Of a stretch of DNA of 64,000 bases, positions 1 through 8,610 are shown in pieces (within the stretch, counting starts at the first letter, position 1; each line of letters starts with the position of its first letter). The position numbers and the translations under genes are program-made. Location of the stretch: the NCBI GenBank assembly GCA_965207375.1, contig OZ242274.1:1-64000 (forward strand), written 5' to 3'. The notes under the pieces are model-generated. The model made no database searches. It saw only the letters and a program-made list of their open reading frames with translations, and was not told where the DNA came from. Source of the DNA: Nitrosopumilaceae archaeon (GTDB lineage: Archaea; Thermoproteota; Nitrososphaeria; Nitrososphaerales; Nitrosopumilaceae).

Positions 1-838
1 TTTTTTGAATGATATCTATATTGTGCCGCAACTTTTCAGGATCATTTTCCAGGTCAAATGCCACCTTTAAAATGTAAATCAATTCAGGATTGCGATGAAT
101 CGAATTTTTTATGGAAATAAAATTTGCATGATTAATGCAGGTAAGATAAAAGTAACAGTCAGCCAGCATCGAGTTTTTCACAAAATAATCATGTTTGGCC
201 TGTATAATCATATAGTGTCCGTTGTTTTCTATTTGTTTAGAGAATCCAATGGTGGATTTGCACATTCGACTCAACAGTGAGGGAGTTGCACGCTCTATGC
301 CCAAGGTATCATGAATGACAGATATCCTCTCTGTTATGGAATTTTTTTCAAACTTTCTGAGTTTTTCCAAAGTATGTGATGGAGAGGGTCTACAATTGTT
401 TAATGCCAAAATTGAATCTGCTAGATAAATCAGGGCAGACTTTTGCCAGCAGGGTGCAAAAACATCAGAATCAATGCCGTTTTTTGCTCTAGTACAGCAA
501 AAGATTGAATTTAAAATACAGTTTTTGGCATGATCAGAAAATATACGGTAACGCCTTTCTTTGACTTTGGCAATTAGAGGCTGTAGTTGCCAGCAAGGGT
601 CACTTATAATTCGCATTTGATCATACTGTACCAGTGCATCTGTATCAGAATCATCCAAAGAGCCGTGACTGACCTTGATAAAGTTGCCCCGTTGTATGAT
701 TTCATCATTGCAGTGTTTTCCATCAAATACGGTAACATTGCATTCACAAGAGTCAAAAGAGTCACAGCCGGTTGTACATCCGCCTATACCTACAGGAAAA
801 CCGGTAGCAAGCAAGTTCAGGATCTCCTTATCGTTCAT
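1..838 (-). CDS. Conserved thaumarchaeal hypothetical protein, 3' end beyond the window edge
   Basis: Not in the ORF track. Manual translation from ATG 838 gives MNDKEILNLLATGFPVGIGGCTTGCDSFDSCECNVTVFD, and the same frame reads AFDLENDPEKLRHNIDIIQK at the left edge. Resembles a Nitrosopumilus hypothetical family. Confidence 0.75.
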   Translation of the reverse strand, partial: MNDKEILNLLATGFPVGIGGCTTGCDSFDSCECNVTVFDGKHCNDEIIQRGNFIKVSHGSLDDSDTDALVQYDQMRIISDPCWQLQPLIAKVKERRYRIFSDHAKNCILNSIFCCTRAKNGIDSDVFAPCWQKSALIYLADSILALNNCRPSPSHTLEKLRKFEKNSITERISVIHDTLGIERATPSLLSRMCKSTIGFSKQIENNGHYMIIQAKHDYFVKNSMLADCYFYLTCINHANFISIKNSIHRNPELIYILKVAFDLENDPEKLRHNIDIIQK

Positions 839-948
839 AAAAAAACATCAGATAATTTTTCTATAAACTAGTTAACTGACTAAATTTTACAAAACAGTGT
901 ATTGGTAAAACATTTGCTTTAAATTAGATTTAGGCTGTTTTGTATCAA

Positions 949-1024
949 GCTCCTGTGGTGTAGTCCGGCTAAGCATACTGCCCTCTCAAGGCAGTGATCT
1001 CGGGTTCAAATCCCGACGGGAGCA
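949..1024 (+). tRNA. tRNA-Glu (CTC)
   Basis: GCTCCTG/CGGGAGC acceptor stem, anticodon arm CTGCC-CT-CTC-AA-GGCAG, GGTTCAAATCC T-loop. Confidence 0.97.
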
Positions 1025-1200
1025 CTCTATTTTAGGGACTTACGGATTCAAAGAATGATTATTTTGCACTAACTGTTGGTAAACAAGCAAGACATAATTT
1101 TCTGAGTTACCCCTATCTAGATTACAACTTACAGATCAATTACAATAAGCATGGTATCGAATTTTACCAACACTGCCATATAGATAACCTACATTTCAAA

Positions 1201-1473
1201 TTAGTTAAACGTATACGCTCTGGGACGTTTTATTACCTTGTATATTATCACATTTCTGGATCTGTTTATTTCTAGAATTATTCTATAATCTCCCACTCGC
1301 ACCTTGGAAAACCTACGATTTCCACGTAAGCGTTCAATGTGGCTGAATGGATCTCTTTCAACATCTTTTAATTTTGAAAGGACGCGTTTCTTCATTCTAG
1401 CATTCATCATATCGATCTGGTTTCTTGCCATTGGGGATAAGAGTACAACGTACTTATGTTTTGTCACCGGCAA
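1201..1473 (-). CDS. relE: RelE/ParE-family type II toxin
   Basis: 90 aa, basic; RLRG...KVRVGDYRII...KR..AY RelE motif; overlaps the upstream small acidic ORF. Confidence 0.85.
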   Translation of the reverse strand: MPVTKHKYVVLLSPMARNQIDMMNARMKKRVLSKLKDVERDPFSHIERLRGNRRFSKVRVGDYRIILEINRSRNVIIYKVIKRPRAYTFN

Positions 1474-1687
1474 TCATCTGTTCCAGCGTAACAAAGTTTC
1501 CCTCGTTTATCTTTTTGGATTCTGACTCTATGTCGGCAAGATCCTGTTTTGTGAGCTCCACATCCAAATCATACTCTTTGGCTATATGCATAATTCTTTC
1601 TATACATTGTTCATTGGTTTCATCAGGACTGAATTTGAGTTTTGAGATGATCTTCTCGGTTTCTTTTGAGAGTTGAACAAAACTCAT
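1454..1687 (-). CDS. Cognate antitoxin (acidic, archaeal RelB-like)
   Basis: 77 aa, acidic C-terminus ELTKQDLADIESESKKINEGNFVTLEQM; directly upstream of and overlapping relE. Confidence 0.75.
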   Translation of the reverse strand: MSFVQLSKETEKIISKLKFSPDETNEQCIERIMHIAKEYDLDVELTKQDLADIESESKKINEGNFVTLEQMIAGDKT

Positions 1688-2015
1688 AATATATTATATC
1701 ATATTGTAATATTAAAAGTGTTGTAACATGGGTTCTCTTGAAAATACGGTCGGCATGGATTTGTGTCTTAAAATCTACAATACGCCTCAAAATGATATGA
1801 TTTTTGTGTCTGGTTTTTGGCAATTTGTCTTTGTGACTAGTTTAAATCACTATCAACCGTATTTTTGATGGAATCAAAAACAGGGATGTTTATGACTATG
1901 AATGGTTTCATTTTGTTATTGTGTTACAATTTTTGAGTTAAATGTCTCAAATACATTTGAAACCAAAATTATCGGCAAAAACATTCAAATCCCGATGGGC
2001 ACTATATAAAAAAAT

Positions 2016-2786
2016 CTAGTTGCTTCCAATTAGAAAGACAACATTTGCAGTAGTTACAACATCTTGGTCTGAGGAGAATACTGGAGCAGATGCGGTTTTA
2101 GCAAAGGCCATATCAGCAGATTCGGCAAAGGCAAAAGTAGGCATAGGCACATCAAATTCAGACAAGGAAACTGACTTTACACCTATGATTTTGTGATTTA
2201 GTGGAGCTAGTGCATTTTCAGCCTTTGTCTTTGCATTAATTACTGCCTGTTCAAGAAGATCATCTGTAATCTGCAATTGTGTTTCAGGTGCCAATGTGAA
2301 ATGGACGTTATCTACTCTGTTTGCACCTGCACCTACAGCACCGTCAATGATATCTACTGCAGAATCCAACATGCTAGTCTCAACGGTTATGGTGTTAGTT
2401 ACTCGGTATCCAACCAATTCCTGTCTATACCTGTCATTATTATCCCTATATCCCTCATAGACGGGATAGATGTTTAGTTGGGAGGTGCTCAACTCGTCAT
2501 CAGATATTTCCAAAGATTGGAGGGCAGAGACTATTGCATTCATGGATTCGGAATTTTTGACAAATGCCTCTTTTGCAGTTTTTTCTTGTGTTTCTACTCC
2601 AAATGTTACAATCAACAGATCGGGTTTGACTGCTGCGCTTGCAACACCTGTAACTGAAATCACCTTTTCCCTAGATGGAAACGGAGTTTGGGCCTGTGCA
2701 TGATTCTCAACAGATACAAGGCCTGCAGCAAAAGCTAAAACCAGTACAATACCTGCAAAGCCTGCAATTGCAATAATCTTGTTCAA
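2016..2786 (-). CDS. SIMPL (DUF541) domain protein, secreted or membrane-anchored
   Basis: N-terminal signal; ISVTG...PD, GYRVTNTITV and GANRVDNVHF motifs. Confidence 0.9.
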   Translation of the reverse strand: MNKIIAIAGFAGIVLVLAFAAGLVSVENHAQAQTPFPSREKVISVTGVASAAVKPDLLIVTFGVETQEKTAKEAFVKNSESMNAIVSALQSLEISDDELSTSQLNIYPVYEGYRDNNDRYRQELVGYRVTNTITVETSMLDSAVDIIDGAVGAGANRVDNVHFTLAPETQLQITDDLLEQAVINAKTKAENALAPLNHKIIGVKSVSLSEFDVPMPTFAFAESADMAFAKTASAPVFSSDQDVVTTANVVFLIGSN

Positions 2787-2896
2787 TATAGAACGTTTTT
2801 GCTTTTGGTATTTATAAAATGCGGATATTTCTTGACGGGGAAAATTTTGACTGCTTGAAATTTTACTTTAAATAACAATTCTAGCCATGCTCAAAT

Positions 2897-3547
2897 GTGG
2901 GACTGCGAGATATTTCTCTAAAAAACCAATACAGATCAGATAGGGACGACATTGTAACAGAGTTCTTTGTTCCCTGTTTGAGCAACTGTATAGAGTATGA
3001 CAGATGCATAGAATACATTTCACTAAAAAGCCTCACAACACTAGCATTGGGATTTGATAATTTTATCAGGCACAGTGCCAAGATGCGCATCATAACGGGG
3101 CACAGATTTGGGGCGCATGACCTAGACATGATCTCACGGCTGTTTGAGTCAGAAAGGTCATTTAGTGGTAGAAACATCAAAAACTCTAAAATTAAGATGC
3201 TAAAGGGAGTAATAGACAACAATCAATTAGAAATGAAAATAGCCATACCCAATTCAGAAGATGTAGAAGGATCATTTACGGAAAAAATAGGCATCTTTGT
3301 AGACGAAAGCAATGACGCAGTTGCATTTACCGGAATCTCAAATGAGACATTTAACACACTAAACAAGAATTTTGAATCCATTGATGTCTTTACATCCTGG
3401 AACGACAAGTCACGTGTGCAAACAAAGGTAAAAGACTTTGAAGATCTGTGGGAAAACAATACCAAATATGTAGACGTGTTTAGTTTTGAAGATGCAATAC
3501 GGCACCACTTGGTAAAATACTCGTCGCACTGGGCACTCAAAGATTAA
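2897..3547 (+). CDS. Stand-alone PLD-like domain resembling the N-terminus of helicase/restriction proteins
   Basis: Y.SD.DDI..EFFVPCL, EKIGIFVD...AVAFTG.SNET, NFESIDVF.SW and FEDLW motifs. Confidence 0.7.
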   Translation: MGLRDISLKNQYRSDRDDIVTEFFVPCLSNCIEYDRCIEYISLKSLTTLALGFDNFIRHSAKMRIITGHRFGAHDLDMISRLFESERSFSGRNIKNSKIKMLKGVIDNNQLEMKIAIPNSEDVEGSFTEKIGIFVDESNDAVAFTGISNETFNTLNKNFESIDVFTSWNDKSRVQTKVKDFEDLWENNTKYVDVFSFEDAIRHHLVKYSSHWALKD

Positions 3548-4119
3548 ATTTTAAGGCCGGATTTATTTTCCAAAAAATCCATTCCAGATATTTTGTAGTA
3601 AATTGCCTCGCCGCGTCTCTCTAAAACTGCAATTATTGGTTCCTTACCCATCTGCGTAATTTGAAATATTTTTTTGTACAAGAGTCCGATTTTTTCCTGC
3701 TGACCCTCATTTAGGGCAAAGACTAGATACTTTGCTCCCTTTTGGCCAAAATGCCCCCTCTCATATACACGAAAATCAGAGCCAAAGCCAAAGCCGTCTT
3801 TTACCACATAACCGCGCGTGCGAAGATCTCTATATATCAAAAATTTTGTAAGTATGTCCTGATCCTTTTTTTTGTATATCTGCATCAGAGTGTCAAAATC
3901 CAAAACAGTATTGTTTTGTACAAGCGTCAATCTTTTTACATGCACAAGGTACAGAGACTCAAAAGGTGCCAAAACAAACTGTCTGCCTAGATCACCAAAA
4001 CCCTTGATTGTCAAGGCATGAATCATTGCAGAATCCTCAATTACTGCATTTCCTTTGATGAGCTTGCCTGCAACCTCTGGTTCCTCTGAATCCATGATGC
4101 ACGACTGCTGATTTTCCAT
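3544..4119 (-). CDS. endA: tRNA-splicing endonuclease subunit
   Basis: IYRDLRTRGYVVKDGFGFGSDFRVY motif. Confidence 0.9.
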   Translation of the reverse strand: MENQQSCIMDSEEPEVAGKLIKGNAVIEDSAMIHALTIKGFGDLGRQFVLAPFESLYLVHVKRLTLVQNNTVLDFDTLMQIYKKKDQDILTKFLIYRDLRTRGYVVKDGFGFGSDFRVYERGHFGQKGAKYLVFALNEGQQEKIGLLYKKIFQITQMGKEPIIAVLERRGEAIYYKISGMDFLENKSGLKI

Positions 4120-4189
4120 ATAAGGCTACATTAGGGTCAAAAACAAGATTCTAACCGTTAAAATATGGGCCCCGAAATTTTATGATAAA

Positions 4190-4702
4190 ATGCACGGTGC
4201 AAACTATAGAAGGGCAAATGGACAAGCCTATGCTCAGAAAAAATACATTAAAGGTAAGCCCCAGATAAAGATCCCCAAGTTTCACGGAGGCAAAAGAGGC
4301 AATTACGATGTGTTGGTTCAATTGATAATTAATGAAAAGATCCAGATAAGACATATGGCCATTGAATCGTGCAGATTGGCTGCCAACAAGAGGTTGGAAA
4401 AAACTACAGGGGAGACAGGTTATTTTTCAAGATTACGCATTTATCCACACATCCTGCTAAGAGAAAATAAACAGATTGCAACTGCAGGTGCGGACAGAAT
4501 TTCACAGGGTATGAGGGGCTCTTTTGGAAAGGCGGTAAGCTTGGCAGCAAGGGTCAGAATAGGCCAGGTCATAATGGAGATGCAGGTAAAAAAAGAGCAC
4601 GTCGATGCTGCAAAAAAAGCTCTCAAAAGCGCATGTGTAAAATTACCCGGCACTCCAACAATCAAAGTAATGCCAATTGAGAAAAAAGATTCGAAAAAAT
4701 AA
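4190..4702 (+). CDS. rpl10e: 50S ribosomal protein uL16 (L10e)
   Basis: YPHILLRENKQIATAGADRISQGMRGSFGK. Confidence 0.97.
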   Translation: MHGANYRRANGQAYAQKKYIKGKPQIKIPKFHGGKRGNYDVLVQLIINEKIQIRHMAIESCRLAANKRLEKTTGETGYFSRLRIYPHILLRENKQIATAGADRISQGMRGSFGKAVSLAARVRIGQVIMEMQVKKEHVDAAKKALKSACVKLPGTPTIKVMPIEKKDSKK

Positions 4703-4759
4703 AATAATTTTAAAACATGATCAGTAGGCTTTAATACCTAAAATCAAAACATCGATTGG

Positions 4760-4836
4760 GCAGTTATAGTATAGTTTGGTTATTATTCGAGCTTGCCAAG
4801 TTCGTGGCCCGGGTTCAAATCCCGGTAACTGCACCA
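4760..4836 (+). tRNA. tRNA-Gly (GCC) with encoded CCA
   Basis: GCAGTTA/TAACTGC acceptor stem, CGAGC-TT-GCC-AA-GTTCG anticodon arm, GGTTCAAATCC. Confidence 0.96.
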
Positions 4837-4839
4837 TTA

Positions 4840-5259
4840 CTACAAAGACAATCCATTTTGGATTATTTCCAATGCATCTGATGCCTTTTCTGGACGCGGA
4901 AGCTGTATCATAAACACATTGTCTTGTCCAAATTGTGATTTGGGAGAGGACAGTGCTATAATCGAGGTTTTTGCAAGCAGTGTAAAAAAATCAAGCGACT
5001 CGTTTGCATTTACAAGTACCTTTTCAACAAAGCCACCTTTAGAAAATGTTAAAATAATTTCTACAAATACGTGTCCTAGACCGTCTTGCAGTATGTTCAA
5101 ATCCGTATCAACTGACAAAGGCTGGCCTGCTACTCGTTGTAAGATAGAGTCAAATTTTTGTTCCTCAAATAGTATGCACGGGGTTTTTTTGCCGTCAAAA
5201 TCAAAGATTGTAATTCCTTCATGAACCCTGTCTAGTAGCGATTGTAACTCATCAGACAT
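4840..5259 (-). CDS. Conserved hypothetical protein
   Basis: 139 aa ORF translationally coupled to the antiporter gene. Confidence 0.75.
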   Translation of the reverse strand: MSDELQSLLDRVHEGITIFDFDGKKTPCILFEEQKFDSILQRVAGQPLSVDTDLNILQDGLGHVFVEIILTFSKGGFVEKVLVNANESLDFFTLLAKTSIIALSSPKSQFGQDNVFMIQLPRPEKASDALEIIQNGLSL

Positions 5260-6569
5260 TATTTGTCATCTAGTTTTGGAGCAATTTTGTCACTTGCTTT
5301 TACCAAAAATGGTGAAATAAATGCAGTAATAATTGAAATAATTCCCACCAACGGGAAAAGAAACGCACTGACTGCGCCAATATCGACGCCTGCCTTTACA
5401 ATAACAATTGAAAATTCCCCTCGCGGTGCAGCCAAGGTAAAGGCAGAACGCACAGATTTTGAGTATTTTTGTCTGAATATGAAATTACCAATCATGTTGC
5501 CGCCAAATTTCATACCTGTTGCAACCACAATAAGTCCTATTGCCACAAGAATGTAATTTTCAAGATGGCTTATGTCCATCAGGGCACCCACAGATACAAA
5601 AAAGATTGCGACAAACATGTCTTTGATTGGACTAGAAAGTAGTTTAGAGACCTCAGCCGATCTTGATTCGGCAACTAAGACTCCTGCTAAAAAGGCGCCG
5701 ATTGCAACAGATAGTCCCACAACATTTGCTAGCAGTGCATAGCCAAAGCACAGACCCAAAACACTGAGTAAAAGAATCTCCCTGTTCTCGGCTGCTGCCA
5801 CTTTGTCAATTAGAGGCGGAATGATCCGGGTTCCAATTGTAAATGTTCCTGCAATCAATCCGATTGCAACAATAATTACCACAATTACACTTTCAAAAGA
5901 AACAGAACCTACAAGAGCTATTGATTGCAATGATGAGATCAAAATAACTGCTATTACATCCTCTACAATTAAAATTCCAAGTATCATGATTGAGGATTCC
6001 TTTCGTATCTTTCCTCCATCCTCTAGGATTTTTACAATAATTGCCGTACTAGATATTGACAGTGCTGCTGCAATAAACAAAGAGTCCATGAAATTCAAAC
6101 CAAACAGGCTTGCTGCATAAAAAACCGCACCCAGAGTGGAAAACAGCCCTATTGTTCCCACACCTATTGCCACCTTGCCAATGGAGCGGATTTTAGCATA
6201 TGGAAACTCTATTCCAATAACAAAAAGTAGCAGGATTACACCGATTTCTGCAAACAAGTTCAGTGCGGAAATATCAGATAAAATTCCAATTCCTCCTACA
6301 CTTGATGGGCCACCCTCTGGTAGATACGTTGACCACAAAGGAGACAGGGGACCAATTAGCATTCCTGCAAACAGATATCCTATAATCAATGGTTGTCGTA
6401 TTTTGAAAAATGCCAAGGTAACTATTGCACCAATTATCATAATAATTGCAAGATCAGTTACAAACGTGGTATGTGGAAGTTCAGGAGTCAGTTGATCTAC
6501 AATGGTATTTATGCTCTGATTTAATGAGGACTGGATTTTGGATGGATCAATTGGAATAATATCGAACAC
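5259..6569 (-). CDS. Cation:proton antiporter (CPA2, KefB-like)
   Basis: Multiple TM helices; SISSTAIIVKIL, ILIVED, GAFLAG, PRGEFS motifs. Confidence 0.92.
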   Translation of the reverse strand: MFDIIPIDPSKIQSSLNQSINTIVDQLTPELPHTTFVTDLAIIMIIGAIVTLAFFKIRQPLIIGYLFAGMLIGPLSPLWSTYLPEGGPSSVGGIGILSDISALNLFAEIGVILLLFVIGIEFPYAKIRSIGKVAIGVGTIGLFSTLGAVFYAASLFGLNFMDSLFIAAALSISSTAIIVKILEDGGKIRKESSIMILGILIVEDVIAVILISSLQSIALVGSVSFESVIVVIIVAIGLIAGTFTIGTRIIPPLIDKVAAAENREILLLSVLGLCFGYALLANVVGLSVAIGAFLAGVLVAESRSAEVSKLLSSPIKDMFVAIFFVSVGALMDISHLENYILVAIGLIVVATGMKFGGNMIGNFIFRQKYSKSVRSAFTLAAPRGEFSIVIVKAGVDIGAVSAFLFPLVGIISIITAFISPFLVKASDKIAPKLDDK

Positions 6570-6933
6570 TACATACTTAGAAAATTTTGTTTTAAATGAT
6601 TTGTTATTGATAGATTAAGCTCTTTATTCCCATGATATCACACCTAATGTGCAGAATGATGAGTGGGTCATCTGAATCAGATGTGGAAATATGACCTGGG
6701 GTATCTGACTGTAGGTAATTTTACAATCACCTGATTATTAATAGTACGGTACCGTACGGTAATACATGTTTCAATGCGAATATTGTACAAGAAACTTTGT
6801 AGAAAGCTCAAACGGACTAGTTGAAAAAACATTTCATGAGCTTTTGCACGAACCAAAAGTGGTAAATCAATAACCACTTACATCTCTTATTTTTGACCTA
6901 ACTTTTTTTAATCTAAATAAAACTATAACAAGT

Positions 6934-8610
6934 ATGGCCAGAAAAAAGGCAAAGCGGGAACCTACAAGGACAAAGCAAGCGCCTGCACCTGTAAAAAAGG
7001 CAAAGCGGGAACCCACTCCTGCAGCAGTATTAAAAAAGGTAGCAACAGTTTCAGACTCTACAAAGCAGCTGTCAAAGGAAATCAAAAATATGGGGAAAAT
7101 TTTTGCAGACAATCAAAAGGTCCTCATATCTATGAAGACGATGATAGATACCATATCCATAGCACTAGAACAGATTCAAAAACAATCAAAGCAGATAAAT
7201 CTGTTAGAAGAAGACGGTCAGAAATTATTTGCAGGTCTAAATCAGATACGCGGACAGGCAGATATTATATCTAAAATAAACTCTCAAACATCAAAGTTAG
7301 AAACAGAGATACGCAGTATACAAAAATCAGCGCCAAAGACAGGAGAATTGGCACAACAGGTAAGCAACAGCGTAGACTCTATACGAAACAATTCGCAGAT
7401 GATAATAAAGATGGCACAGAGAATAGACGAGGTAAGAGACAGGTTACGAGATGTATATGCAAAGACTGAAAACTTTGCACAGGTAGGCAAGGAGATAGAA
7501 TCTTTAAAGAAAAATGCAGAGTCAGGAATTAACATCACAGAGTTAAGAGAAGAGTTAGAAAGAGTATCTCAAAAAGCAAATTATACGGATTTCCTAAAAG
7601 GTGAGCTAGTCGAAATCAGCAAGACCATTAAAAGTATCGCATCCAAGGCAGAAAACATTGACAGTCTAGAGGGTATAATTGACGGCTTGAAGCAGCAGTT
7701 TGTGACGGTTTCAGAAAAGGCAGGGCAGATATCAACAGTATCATCAGAGCTAGATGCAATAAAGACAAAGATTGATACAATTTCACAAAATGCAGGCAAG
7801 CTTGACACAATAGAGGGTGAGATAGATACGCTGGTAAAAAGAACAGATTCTGTAGCGTCTGTATCATCAGAGCTAGATGCAATAAAGACCAAAATTGATA
7901 CAATTTCACAAAATGCAGGCAAGCTTGACACAATAGAGGGTGAGATAGATACGCTGGTAAAAAGAACAGATTCTGTAGCGTCTGTATCATCAGAGCTAGA
8001 TGCAATAAAGACCAAAATTGATACAATTTCACAAAATGCAGGCAAGCTTGACACAATAGAGGGTGAGATAGATACGCTGGTAAAAAGAACAGATTCTGTA
8101 GCGTCTATTGGCGAGGATGTCAAATCGGTACAAACTGATATGGGTTTGCTGAAAAAAAATATGTTTGATAAAACAAATACCATAGAGCAAAAGATTTCCT
8201 CGTTATCAGGTACGGTTAGAAACACAGAAGAGTCATCATCAAAGGAGGTAATGGCTTTGCTAAAGCTGTCAGAGTTTCAGTCCAAGATCAGAATGAACAC
8301 AGAATCAAAATATGGAGAAATAAAGGACATTGAAAACATGGTACATCAAACACACGACATGATAAAGTTGTTTGAGGCAGTCTCTAGCCAAACAGATATG
8401 GAAATGCCGTCAGATGTTTCCCAATGGGCGGTGATAAAAATATTTGACTGTGCAGACAAGTGGGAGATCAGGTTCTCAGATGTGTTTAGTGTATTATCAA
8501 ACAGACTGGGAAAAGACAGGTTAAGGGATTTAATCAGGATACAGCAGGTAAGAGACATTTACGGAATAAGGGCAGTAGATGAAATCCGAAAGGAATTAGA
8601 AATATCTTAG
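6934..8610 (+). CDS. Long coiled-coil protein with three internal 41-aa repeats
   Basis: 558 aa heptad-rich ORF; basic N-terminus with KKAKREPT twice; C-terminal ADKWEIRFSDVF. Confidence 0.8.
   Translation: MARKKAKREPTRTKQAPAPVKKAKREPTPAAVLKKVATVSDSTKQLSKEIKNMGKIFADNQKVLISMKTMIDTISIALEQIQKQSKQINLLEEDGQKLFAGLNQIRGQADIISKINSQTSKLETEIRSIQKSAPKTGELAQQVSNSVDSIRNNSQMIIKMAQRIDEVRDRLRDVYAKTENFAQVGKEIESLKKNAESGINITELREELERVSQKANYTDFLKGELVEISKTIKSIASKAENIDSLEGIIDGLKQQFVTVSEKAGQISTVSSELDAIKTKIDTISQNAGKLDTIEGEIDTLVKRTDSVASVSSELDAIKTKIDTISQNAGKLDTIEGEIDTLVKRTDSVASVSSELDAIKTKIDTISQNAGKLDTIEGEIDTLVKRTDSVASIGEDVKSVQTDMGLLKKNMFDKTNTIEQKISSLSGTVRNTEESSSKEVMALLKLSEFQSKIRMNTESKYGEIKDIENMVHQTHDMIKLFEAVSSQTDMEMPSDVSQWAVIKIFDCADKWEIRFSDVFSVLSNRLGKDRLRDLIRIQQVRDIYGIRAVDEIRKELEIS
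7738..8106 (+). repeat. 3 x 123-bp in-frame tandem repeat
   Basis: Near-identical units start at 7738, 7861 and 7984; each encodes VSSELDAIKTKIDTISQNAGKLDTIEGEIDTLVKRTDSVAS. Confidence 0.95.

Noticed and set aside
7581-8225. Repeat-containing ORFs on the minus strand
   Set aside because: Antisense shadows of the coiled-coil gene.
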